From the NCBI RefSeq assembly GCF_046119375.1, contig NW_027362767.1:265794001-265858000 (forward strand): 64,000 nucleotides of DNA, in the 5' to 3' direction. Origin of the DNA: Phyllobates terribilis. Its lineage: Eukaryota. The translations under genes were made by a program, and so were the position numbers. The stretch's first letter is position 1. Each line of letters starts with the position of its first letter. Below, in pieces: positions 35,601 through 47,600 of this stretch. The notes beneath the pieces were generated by a model, which was not told the DNA's origin, did no database searches, and saw nothing but the letters and a program-made list of their open reading frames with translations.

Positions 35601-38600
35601 CCCACGGGTTCCTGTGCTGGTCCAGATTAACGTCTCTTCTCCCCCGTCGTATTTACTGTACAGGTTCAAGGTACCTGGATTCCCCAGAAATAAAGGATTT
35701 ATTAGTGATCGGATGGAGGTCCATCCTGTGAGGGGGCGGCCATTGTATCTTCATGGCAAACTGACATGTAACAAGATGGCCGCAAGTTACTGAACACGTC
35801 GCCTGCGGTCAGACTGTCCATCGCTCAGGCTACTGCTGCACACCAACACCCACCAAGCTTGGAGGGCACCGCTGTACCCATGCAGATAAATGGCACATGT
35901 CTGTTCAGCAATGCTCCAGCCAAATGACGCATGAGGACAGATATCTGACAGCCAAATCCCCTGACACCACCCAACAGATGGACATGTTTCCTGCTGTGGA
36001 GAGAAGGGACGTGCCTCAGCCAACTCCAAGTGCCGGACTGCTGCAAATTGGACATTAACAATTACTGCCAAAAAACAGTTTCTCATTTGTCTATGGGTTG
36101 TGTCTGGTGATGGTGATGAGCTGAAATACCAGACAACCTGTAGAGAGAGGGGGAGCTGTTTTTGGAAATAAATAAATGTTATAGTGCCCGTGGATCGACC
36201 AGGAGAATAATGCATGTAGGTGCAACCAACAATTCATGGTAGAAACATATGACCCTAAAACCGAGACAGAAGTAAAGACTCAGTCCTCTACCGGTGTGCA
36301 GCCGCATCATGGCAGGGAATCAGGAGGCCCCATGCCCAGGTCTGCCAACACATGTATAACAATACATTCTGCAGACACAGGTTTGTGCACCCCACATGAG
36401 GTGGGGTGTGATGTCCTCACCTGTGTCAGGACCAAACATTCTGTGGTGGAAGGATAGGCAGGAGGCGTCAGATGCCACAGATTGCGGGTACGACAACAGA
36501 CGAGCCTTAGTACCACGATCCGAGTGAGACTTTCCCGCCACAAACATATAACGACCTGTGACAGAAAGAAATTTAGCGTGGCCACAACAAGCCGGCCGGT
36601 TCATTGCCGCAGGCGGACAATAGTTCTGCCAGGCATCGGAGGCGCTCACCCTGTCCTGTTGTGTGGTCGGATGACGTGCCCCACTCCCAGTCAATCTCGT
36701 CTGGGACATCTTGATACCAACCGCAGGGTCCGGTCTCGAAATTACAAGTCACAGGCGCTGAAAAATCACAAAATACATAAAGCTAATGTCTTACAAGTCT
36801 GCTTTCCCTGATGGCAGCCATGCTCAGCACTGACCACCTACACGTACAACCACCCAGCGCTTCATGGCTCTTACTGTTTTCAGTTGCCTCCTCCTCACAG
36901 CTGAGAAACTTTATGTCACTCACTGCAGCGCTCCAGCTCTCAACAGGTCCAGGGTCCACGGCCCCCGACAGCACCAACTACAAGCGGCACAGAAACGCCA
37001 GGATCAATACTGAGCCCCCCAATTATATATAAATACATACACACACACACACATATACACATACACACACATGCGCGCGCTAGAGAGATACACTCAGACA
37101 GACACACACACACACACACCTGCCTGCCTTCCTACACACATAGGCATAGACACACCTACATACTTTACTCACATAGGTAATCACGCACATCTGCCTACCT
37201 ACACACATAGGTATACATACACACACCTGCCTATGTGTGTAGGTAGATATACACACATACATACACAATCACACCTGCCTAGCTACACACAAAGGTATAC
37301 ACAATCACACCTGCCTAGCTACACACATAGGCATACACAATCACACCTGCCTAGCTACGCACATAGGCATACACAATCACACCTGCCTAGCTACGCACAT
37401 AGACATACACAATCACACCTGCCTAGCTACGCACATAGGCATACACAATCACACCTGCCTAGCTACACATATAGATATACTGTATACCTATCTGTGTAGG
37501 TAGGTGTCTATACCTATATGTGTCAGTAGGTAGGTGTGCATGTGTATACTGTATACACACATAGGTATACATATGCACACCTACATACATGCATAGGTAT
37601 ACACACGCACACCTCCCTACCTACATACATAGCGCTCACATCCCCCCCTGCTTCCTTCTATACCACAGGCCACTGCTTTAAAGCGCTTGTCTGTTCTCAG
37701 AATAAAAGTCCATAGTCATCTACCACCGCAGACTGTGCGACGTAAAGAAGCTCCTCATCCGCTACCTGGAAATTTTTCCGTTGCTCTCCCAGAGGAATCA
37801 GAAGAGATTTCCACGCATTACTCTTTTCTCCACGGCTCTGCCAGACATGCGAGTGTGTATGGAGCTGCGGATCCCACACACTAAGAGAGACGAAGCCTGA
37901 AACAGACGGTGCTGGTCTCTTAGGACATGTTCATACACAGCATTTTGATGCTTTTTTTCCATGTGTTTTTTTTTGTGTGAATAAATGCAGCATCTTACAG
38001 TAACAGCAAAATGATCACCGTTTGTAAAATCTCATTCACACAGTGCATTTTTACTGTAAAACGCTGCATTTTTTTTCTGCATGAAAAAAAAAAAAATGAA
38101 TGAAAAATGCTACTTGTGAACAAGCCCTGAGGCTGCGTGCCTTACTGAGACATCAGGTTGCAGTGTCTGGGATGAGCGCTACGTCTCCTGCCGTGCGCCA
38201 TGGCACAGAACACCCCGAGCAGACACTGAACCAGCAGGGAGGATGATGATGGCACATTGATGACGCACCTGCAGGTCCAGTGTGAAGGTAGTATGTCATG
38301 TTAATACAGGACGGTCCCGTGGGGCACAGGAGAGGGCTGCGGGATTCAGCGTCAGTCTTTAAATTGCCTTCAGCTTTGAGCACGGTCAGAGGGGAGCCTG
38401 AAGCGAGAATTAAAAAAAAAAATCATCAGTATAGATGGCGGCAGGTGTTCTGTGCAGATATAGCATGACCGATGTGGCTGCCATGTCTGCTCCTTGCTGT
38501 GCAGGTGAAATACCGATTTCCATTTGATGGATTTGCTATAACCAATTATTATTCTACCAATTAAGACACCAGAGGTGAAAATACGGATCCTTAAAAGATG

Positions 38601-41600
38601 GTGTCTGCAGAGAAGAAGGAGAATGACGCAGCCATAGGAGGGGGCAGCAGATATAGTTTGGCCCTTACCTGTTGTAGACCGTCCCCACTTGTGCGCCCCA
38701 ATACTGACGTCCGTCCATCCGACAACACTGCTCTCATTTGCTTCAGGAAAAAAAAAAACAGTTATGACTGTTTAAACAATCCCCAGCCCATTTCCCTCAT
38801 CCATTTATTAAGCACGTGGCCCCTACTCTGGGCCCCCATTAACCAGACGTAATCACTGTGTGGGGCACCCCATGAATATGATCATTCAGCCCAGTGTAAA
38901 TCACGGAATGGCAACTTTTGTAGGACGGGTGGAGGTCCTAGAGGTTGGACGGTGACTGCAGCCCCTTCATTCACAGACAGATATCCACTGTCCATATATC
39001 AATAGAATATCACAGCGATAAGTCGGCACTCTCCGAGATGTGAACACTCCACTTACATGAGGAGCTGCAATCACAATTCAGCCTGGGGCTTGTAGGAATC
39101 CAACAAGCCAAAAAAACACAATCTCTTGTACAGACACAGAGACAGCAGGAAGCAAAAGGAAGATGGAGGTTTGTACGGCTGGAGAACTTATAGGAAGTGA
39201 CAACTTTGAATGCAGCTCTTGCTGTGACTGGAGAATATGGAATTATGCAATGAAATACGAATACAAGATAATGAAGAAAACGTTGTAAAGTACAGACAAC
39301 CCTGTGCAATAATGTCGGCACCCCAGTGCTGCACAGAGGCTTGTCCTACCTGGCGTACAAGCTTCTCTCACACTCCAGACCGCGCCGTCCCGTCCAGCCG
39401 AGGAGATCACTGATCCAGCGGATTCATCTGCAAAATGGAGAAAGGTCATTACAGGGTGAAGGCGGTGCAGGATCTCTGCTCCACCTGCACGAATACGGAC
39501 GAGTCCCCTGCACAAACTGAGGGCGAAGCTAAAGATGCAGGAAGCAATGGACTTTCCTGGTGGATGTGCCCTCAACCCCAGAATCTGAAGAATTTTGGAC
39601 TTTGTTCACCCTCTTTTTTTTCATGTTGCTTTGGAAAAATTTCCATTGTCGGGTGATCACATGGGTGACAATATTCGGGTGGAACCACGAAGGGCACCAT
39701 ATTGGATGGGGTGCAGAGGCAGGGTGTGAGAAGTAGGTCAGTAGAGAGACCAGCCATGGGCTGGCGGTGCTGGAGATCGGATAGGACAACAGTAGTGGGC
39801 AGGAGGGCGAAAACGGGCCGGAGAAGAGGGAAGAGGACCTAAATATAAGGTGGTGGCCACCTGGGGGGACAAGCAGGGTTCAGTCCTCAGACTCCTGGCT
39901 ACAACCACACACCTTACTGTATTCTTTGCATGCTTATTGGCTAGTGGTGTCCAGGGGATTTCTAAGTGTCCTCCAGTAATAAGGCTGCTCAGTAAACATA
40001 TCATATGGCTCAGCGTCCGAGAACAAGATCAGATCCCGCCCTATTTGACCATTCAGGTTTCATGCCGGATAAACCCATGGCTATTAATTTGAGAAGGCTT
40101 TTCTTAAATATGCAATTGAGAGCTAAAGATATGGGTTCACGGGCGGCTCATTCACGGGCGGCTCATTCACGGGCGGTTCAGTCACGGGCGGTTCATTAAT
40201 GGGCGGCTCATTCACGGGCGGCTCATTCACGGGCGGTTCATTCACAGGCGGTTCGTTCACGGGCGGTTCGTTCACGGGCGGCTCGTTCACGGGCGGCTCG
40301 TTCACGGGCGGCTCGTTCACGGGCGGTTCGTTCACGGGCGGTTCGTTCACGGGCGGCTCGTTCACGGGCGGCTCGTTCACGGGCGGCTCATTCACGGGCG
40401 GTTCATTAATGGGCGGCTCATTCACGGGCGGTTCATTCACGGGCGGTTCATTCACGGGCGGCTCATTCACGGGCAGCTCATTCACGGGCGGCTCGTTCTT
40501 TGGATACTGCAAAGCATTCGACACCATTGAATGGACTTTTCTGTGGATGGTTTTAATAGGATAGGATTTGGTTCTAACTTTCTCGCGTTTATCAAATTGC
40601 TGTATAATGAACCAACTGTTAGAATAAGGGTTAATAGAAATTTGTTGGGCAGGTTGGCACTGGGGAGGGGTCACGTCAGGGTTGCCCCCTGTCTGCCCTC
40701 CTTTTTGCCATAGACCCCGTGGCGTGTCTTATATGCGCTTCCCCAAAGGTAAAAGATTCAGACGTGGCAAGATGGAAGAACGCATATCTCTCTATGCGGA
40801 TGCTATGCTCTTGTTTCTTGGGGATGTTCCCTCTTCAATTAAACTGGTAATGGCAATTTTGGAAGAATTTGGGACTTCTCATAAACTGGGACAAATCAGT
40901 TCTTATGCCCTCAGATCCGATATGGGATTCACAGTAGATGGATTCCACTAACATTCAAGTGGTAAAAGAATTCAGATACCTGTATGTTATAGAAACAGTG
41001 AGACCTCAGGGCTATGTAACCCTACATCTGACTCCACTTTTAGACCGGTTTATAAATAAGATTAATGTGTGGTGTCGTCTGCCCATCTCAATTGTGGGTA
41101 GGGGCAACCTGGTAAAAATAGTATTAATGCCCCAACTGTTATGTACATTGCACAATTCCCCTGTCTGGATACCGACATATTATTTCCAAAAAGCCCACAG
41201 GTTACATAGATTATTACTATGGAAAAAGCAACAAGCCAGAATAAAGTTGGAGAATCTTCGAAGGGAAAAAACAGACGGGGCCAGCTATTCCCAATGCTCG
41301 GATTTACTATCTAGCTGCCCAAATCCAACAGATGAAAAGATGGGATCAGGGGAATGGCCAGGGGACAAGTGGACAACTAGTAAACAGATAACTTCTTGAC
41401 ATGAACCTATTTATATTTTGTTGAGGCGGGGGAGAGTGGAATACAACATCCCATTTACCAACATTGTCGATGATCTGTAAAGTGTGGGACAGAGGGAAGA
41501 ATTGGCTGATTGGTAATGGTTGCCCAGTGGTCACGCCGCTCTGGCACAATTCCCTCTTGCCGGAGTTAATGAAGTTGGAGGGAAGAGAGCGGTGTCCATA

Positions 41601-44600
41601 CTCTGACCCAAATCCAGTCCGGGAATATCTTGAAGAATCTTGAGCAGTTGCAAAGTGAGATTAACATTCCTCATCGCCAGTTCTATAGATTTCTGCCATC
41701 CGACATGTCTACACAGATCAGCTCAAGACTAAAGGCCTGGCCATATGGCAGAACCCTGTGGTTGGATGGGTGTCGGGGGAAGGAACAACGAGAGGCCATA
41801 TTTCTAACCTTTATAAACTTCTGCCAACTGCAAACCTAAATAAGCTCCCTCTTACTATTAAACTCAATGGGAAGCCGATGTGCGAGTGATCCCAGAGGAT
41901 CAGTGGGAATCTGATGTAGGAGTGATCCCAGAGGATCAGTGGGAAGCTGGTGTGGGAGTGATTGCAGAGGATCAGTGGGAAGCCGATGTGGAAGAGATCC
42001 CGGAGGAACAGTAGGAAGCCGATGTGGGAGAGATCCCGGAGGATCAGTGGGAAGCCGATGTGGGAGAGATCCCGGAGGATCAGTGGGAAGCCGATGTGGG
42101 AGAGATCCCGGAGGAACAGTAGGAAGCAGATGTGGGAGAGATCCCAGAGGAACAGTGGGAAGCCGATGTGGGAGAGATCCCAGAGGATCAGTGAGAATCT
42201 GATGCGGGAGTGATCCCGGAGGATCAGTGGGAAGCAGATGTGGGAAAGATCCCGGAGGATCAGTGGGAAGCTGGTGTGGGAGTGATTGCAGCGGATCAGT
42301 GGGAAGCCGATGTGAGAGAGATCCCGGAGGATCAGTGGGAAGCTGGTGTGAGAGAGATCCCGGAGGATCAGTGGGAAGCCGATGTGGGAGAGATCCCGGA
42401 GGATCAGTGGGAAGCCGATGTGGGGGAGATCCCAGAGGATCCGTGGAACTCATGCACATGATGTGGGAATGCAATAATATTGGATCCTTCTGGAATGCTG
42501 TTCTAGACATAGTTAACAGAATTTATGGTATAGTAATGAACCCAGAGTCATATATGTATATTGGGAGTCATAGTCATCAAAATATGTATATTAGGAGTCA
42601 TAGCAGATCTCCCCGAGGAGGATCGGGGGCAATTGGTACGGCCAGAATACTGTATATTGCAAGAAAAACTATTGCTTCTCACTGGATACAACCTACTCCA
42701 CCATCCACTGGGGAATTTATTAATAGAGTAAATGGGTTTATATGTTTAGAAAAAGGAACTTATAAAAAAAAAAAGAAATGTAATTAAAAAATGTGATAAT
42801 ATTTGGGGTCCTTGGATCAACACCCCGGGTTTACCGTCGAGAATCCTACTGTAGGAAAGCATTTTCTCCTCTCTACACAGATCTAACTTTCCCTTTCTAG
42901 CCTGTAATAAACAGTGTGAATGGACACTTGCTGGACGTCAGATAACGATTCTTTACACGATGAATCAGAGGAATTACTCTTGGTCTTATTTGCATCTATG
43001 GAAATGTGAATATGGTTATACAGAATATATTTTTTAATCTCCCTATATAACTGTATAACTTCCTATATATCCTGCTTTTGTGTGTCATTTATTTGGGGAG
43101 ATGTTCCCTGTGGTTGTAATTATTTGAAAAATGTTTAATAAAAAGAATTTTATAAAAAACAATAATGAATGGTCACCTACTCTGCACTGCGCATCCAGGG
43201 GAAAGGATCAGGTCGTCCACTGCCAAGCTCCCCGGCGGGCTGTCACCGGAGCCCTCCAAGAAAACCTGGGGCGCAGATGAATACAATGCGTCAGTGAGAA
43301 CGACCCTGCGCCGGGGGACGGCTTCCATCATCGCATTTACTTCACCAACACGATAGGAAATGACAATACACGGGGGGCGACAGGAGGGTATGAGGTCATT
43401 ATCTGTGCCCATGTGTCCCTAGTGGTTGCCAGCTGCACATCATATAGGTGCCAAAGCGCCGGCGGCATCGCTATTCTGTGTTACAGTTACCTGGAATGAT
43501 TGGTTGGTCTGACTGAAGGAGACTTTTTCCCGGATCCACAGGGCGCCCCTCCGTCCTTGCAGCTTTAACTCTACATTGTCTTTCTGTTCGGACCCAGTGA
43601 GGCGATAACCCACAGACAGGGAGGCCGCGTCAGATCTATCCATGTAATAATAAAACACGAGCTGTAAGGGAAAAGCCAAGATCAGGGACCAGAAGTCACT
43701 ATCAGTCCGCTGCCCCTACACACAGCAGAGGGTCCTATCTGTACATAGACCCCCCTAGATTGCAATACATTGTATAAAGCCCCATGGAGGTCCGGGACAC
43801 AGATACTAATGACGTCCGTGGTCAGGGACTGTTCACATCCATTAGGATCCAACATGGCCCCTCATCATCACATTCTGATCATAATGGGGTCAGCAGAATA
43901 GGGTATCTATGGGGGCAGCATGAGACAGATCGGGCACGTTAGATGGATGTCTGGGCTACCGATATCCCTGCTGTATTCACCGTCCACCAGAGACATCTCC
44001 AGGCACAACTACATGAGGGAGAATGGGGCATAGTAGGAAGGTGACGTACATAGCAGGGCACCGGGCCGGCCCGCACCGTGGGGCTCTCCAGTCTGTGCGC
44101 ACCGCTCTCTGGAGCTCGCAGGAAAAAGCCTGAAATAAAGGTGAAAGCACAAAACAATGGAACTTATTAATGTAAGGACATCTGGACCCCGAGACCACCA
44201 ACCCTGCAAGAACTAAGGATCCAGAGTTAAAGGGTCACCGTGACTACAACTCTCAACATGTAGTAATAATGACTATGGTGTGCTGCACCGATGTGTATCT
44301 AATCATATGATGCTGTCTGCCGAACTGTGTATCTAATCCTGTGATACTGTCTGATAAACCGTGTATATAATCCTATCCTGTGTGACACTGTGCTGAGCCG
44401 TGTATCTAATCCTATCCTGTGTGATCCTGTCTGCTGAGCCATGTATCTAATCCTCTCCTGTGTGATCCTGTCTGCTGAGCCATGTATCTAATCCTCTCCT
44501 GTGTGATACTGTCTGCTGAGCCGTGTATCTAATCCTATTATGTGTGATACTGTCTGCTGAGTTGTGTATCTAATCTTATCCTGTGTGATACTGTCTGCTG

Positions 44601-47600
44601 AGCTCTGTATCTAATCCTATTATGTGTGATACTGTCTGCTGAGTTGTGTATCTAATCCTATCCTGTGTGATACTGTCTGCTGAGTTGTGTATCTAATCCT
44701 ATCCTGTGTGATACTGTCTGCTGAGCTGTGTATCTAATCCCATCCTGTGTGATACTGTCTGCTGAGCTGTGTATCTAATCCTATTATGTGTGATACTGTC
44801 TGCTGAGTTGTGTATCTAATCTTATCCTGTGTGATACTGTCTGCTGAGCTCTGTATCTAATCCTATTGTGATACTTGCTTCTGAGCCGTGTATCTAAGCC
44901 TATCTTGTATGATACTGTCTGCAGAGCTGTGTCTTTAATACTATCATATGTGATACTGTCTGTTGAGCTGTGTATCTAATTCTATCCTGTGTGATACTGT
45001 CTGCTAAGCTGTATCTAATCCTATCATATGTGATACTGTCTGTTGAGCTGTGTATCTAATCCTATCCTGTGTGATACTGTCTGTTGAGCTGTGTATCTAA
45101 TCCTATCCTGTGTGATACTGTCTGTTGAGCTGTGTATCTAATTCTATCCTGTGTGATACTGTCTGCTAAGCTGTATCTAATCCTATCATATGTGATACTG
45201 TCTGTTGAGCTGTGTATCTAATCCTATCCTGTGTGATACTGTCTGTTGAGCTGTGTATCTAATCCTATCCTGTGTGATACTGTCTGTTGAGCTGTGTATC
45301 TAATCCTATCCTGTGTGATATTGTCTGCTAAGCTGTATCTAATCCTATCATATGTGATACTGTCTGTTGAGCTGTGTATCTAATCCTATCCTGTGTGATA
45401 CTGTCTGTTGAGCTGTGTATCTAATCCTATCCTGTGTGATACTGTCTGTTGAGCTGTGTATCTAATTCTATCCTGTGTGATACTGTCTGCTAAGCTGTAT
45501 CTAATCCTATCATATGTGATACTGTCTGTTGAGCTGTGTATCTAATCCTATCCTGTGTGATACTGTCTGTTGAGCTGTGTATCTAATCCTATCCTGTGTG
45601 ATACTGTCTGTTGAGCTGTGTATCTAATCCTATCCTGTGTGATATTGTCTGCTAAGCTGTATCTAATCCTATCATATGTGATACTGTCTGTTGAGCTGTG
45701 TATCTAATCCTATCCTGTGTGATACTGTCTGTTGAGCTGTGTATCTAATCCTATCCTGTGTGATACTGTCTGCTGAGCAGTACCTAAGCTTATCATGTGT
45801 GATAATGTCTGCTGAGCTGTACCTAAGCTTATCAAGTGTGATACTGTCTGCTGATCAGTATCTCAGCACTGCCCTGACGTCCGTCACCTGCTCGGCTGTT
45901 TGTGGTGTGGTCTCTCTCCGGTTTGGCGTTATATCCATCCACTCTCTCCCATGTAGACTTCCATGTACACACATCTTTTTCAAAGCTGCAGGACCGGAAC
46001 GAGCCTAAAAGGAGAATGTCAGGAGGAAATACAGAGGAACATGGGACACCAGGAACAAACATGCCAAAAAGAATGCTGGATCTCTCCCGACAGTGCCCTC
46101 CATCCGCTGTCAGCAGGGGCATTACACCAGTGCTGACCTTGATACGGGGGGATACTACGGCGCCCTACACTGGACACTCCGAGTCTGTACCATGTATACA
46201 GATCACTGACTGCAGCCAGAGAGACCTATACATCATCAAAACCACAGAGCAGGGCACTCCACCGGACAGACAGCGGACCACCAGACATAAATGGAGCCCT
46301 ATCACCCCCCACTTACCAGCCATGATGTCATCTACAGAAAGTGGAGAAGCCTGAGGCATCCAATATCAGCTATACGTAATGATAAAGGCGACCATCAGCC
46401 ACCAACACACAGCACCAAACCCAGACAAGAGCTGAAGCCGGCGGTCCGCACCGCCCCCTATGTATAATGTACAGGAAGAGGAACTCACCACAGTCACTCT
46501 CATCAGATCCATCACCACAGTCATCAGAACCGTCACACCGAGCACCGCCATCTATACAACTACCACGAAGACAGCGGTCCTGCCCGAGCCCACACACTGC
46601 CTGCAGACCTGGAAACACAGGGGAATGACAGCATAGGGGACAGTATTATAGTAGTTATATTCTTGTATATAGGGAGCAGTATTATAGTAGTTATATTCTT
46701 GTATATAGGGAGCAGTATTATAGTAGTTATATTCTTGTACATAGGGGGCAGTATTATAGTAGTTATATTCTTGTACATAGGGGGCAGGCAGTATTATAGT
46801 AGTTATATTCTTGTACATAGGGGGCAGTGTTATAGTAGTTATATTCTTGTACATAGGGGGCAGGCAGTATTATAGTAGTTATATTCTTGTACATAGGGGG
46901 CAACATTATAGTAGTTATATTCTTGTATATAGGGAGCAGTATTATAGTAGTTATATTCTTGTACATAAGGGCAGTATTATAGTAGTTATAATCTTGTACA
47001 TAGGGGGCAGTATTATAGTAGTTATATTCTTGTACATAGGGGCAGTATTATAGTAGTTATATTCTTGTACATAGGGGGCAGTATTATAGTAGTTATAATC
47101 TTGTACATAGGGGGCAGTATTATAGTAGTTATATTCTGGTACATAGGGGCAGTATTATAGTAGTTATATTCTTGTACATAGGGGGCAACATTATAGTAGT
47201 TATATTCTTGTACATAGGGGGCAGTATTATAGTAATTATATTCTTGTACATAAGGGCAGTATTATAGTAGTTATATTCTTGTACATAGGGGGCAGGCAGT
47301 ATTATAGTAGTTATATTCTTGTACATAGGGGGCAGTATTATAGTAGTTATATTATTGTACATAGGGGCAGTATTATAGTAGTTATATTCTTGTACATAGC
47401 GGCAGTATTATAGTAGTTATATTCTTGTACATAGGGGCAGTATTAAAGTAGTTATATTCTTGTACATAGGAGGCAGTATTATAGTAGTTATATTCTTGTA
47501 CATAGGGGGCAGTATTATAGTAGTTATATTCTTGTACATAGGGGCAGTATTATAGTAGTTATATTCTTGTACATAGGGGCAGTATTATAGTAGTTATATT

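Larger units (their letters stand above)
40030..43165 (+). mobile_element. 5'-truncated, decayed L1/Tx1-type LINE (ORF2 RT and C-terminal region), antisense in a MAMDC4 intron
   Basis: Remnant motifs [46 protein letters not shown] (YADD-like), [28 protein letters not shown] (zinc knuckle). AATAAA at 43137 followed by an A-rich tail. Multiple frameshifts and stops. Confidence 0.9.

Noticed and set aside
40123-42510. NEPPV, GGSFT and [12 protein letters not shown] repeat proteins
   Set aside because: Stop-free frames of the minisatellites inside a dead LINE.
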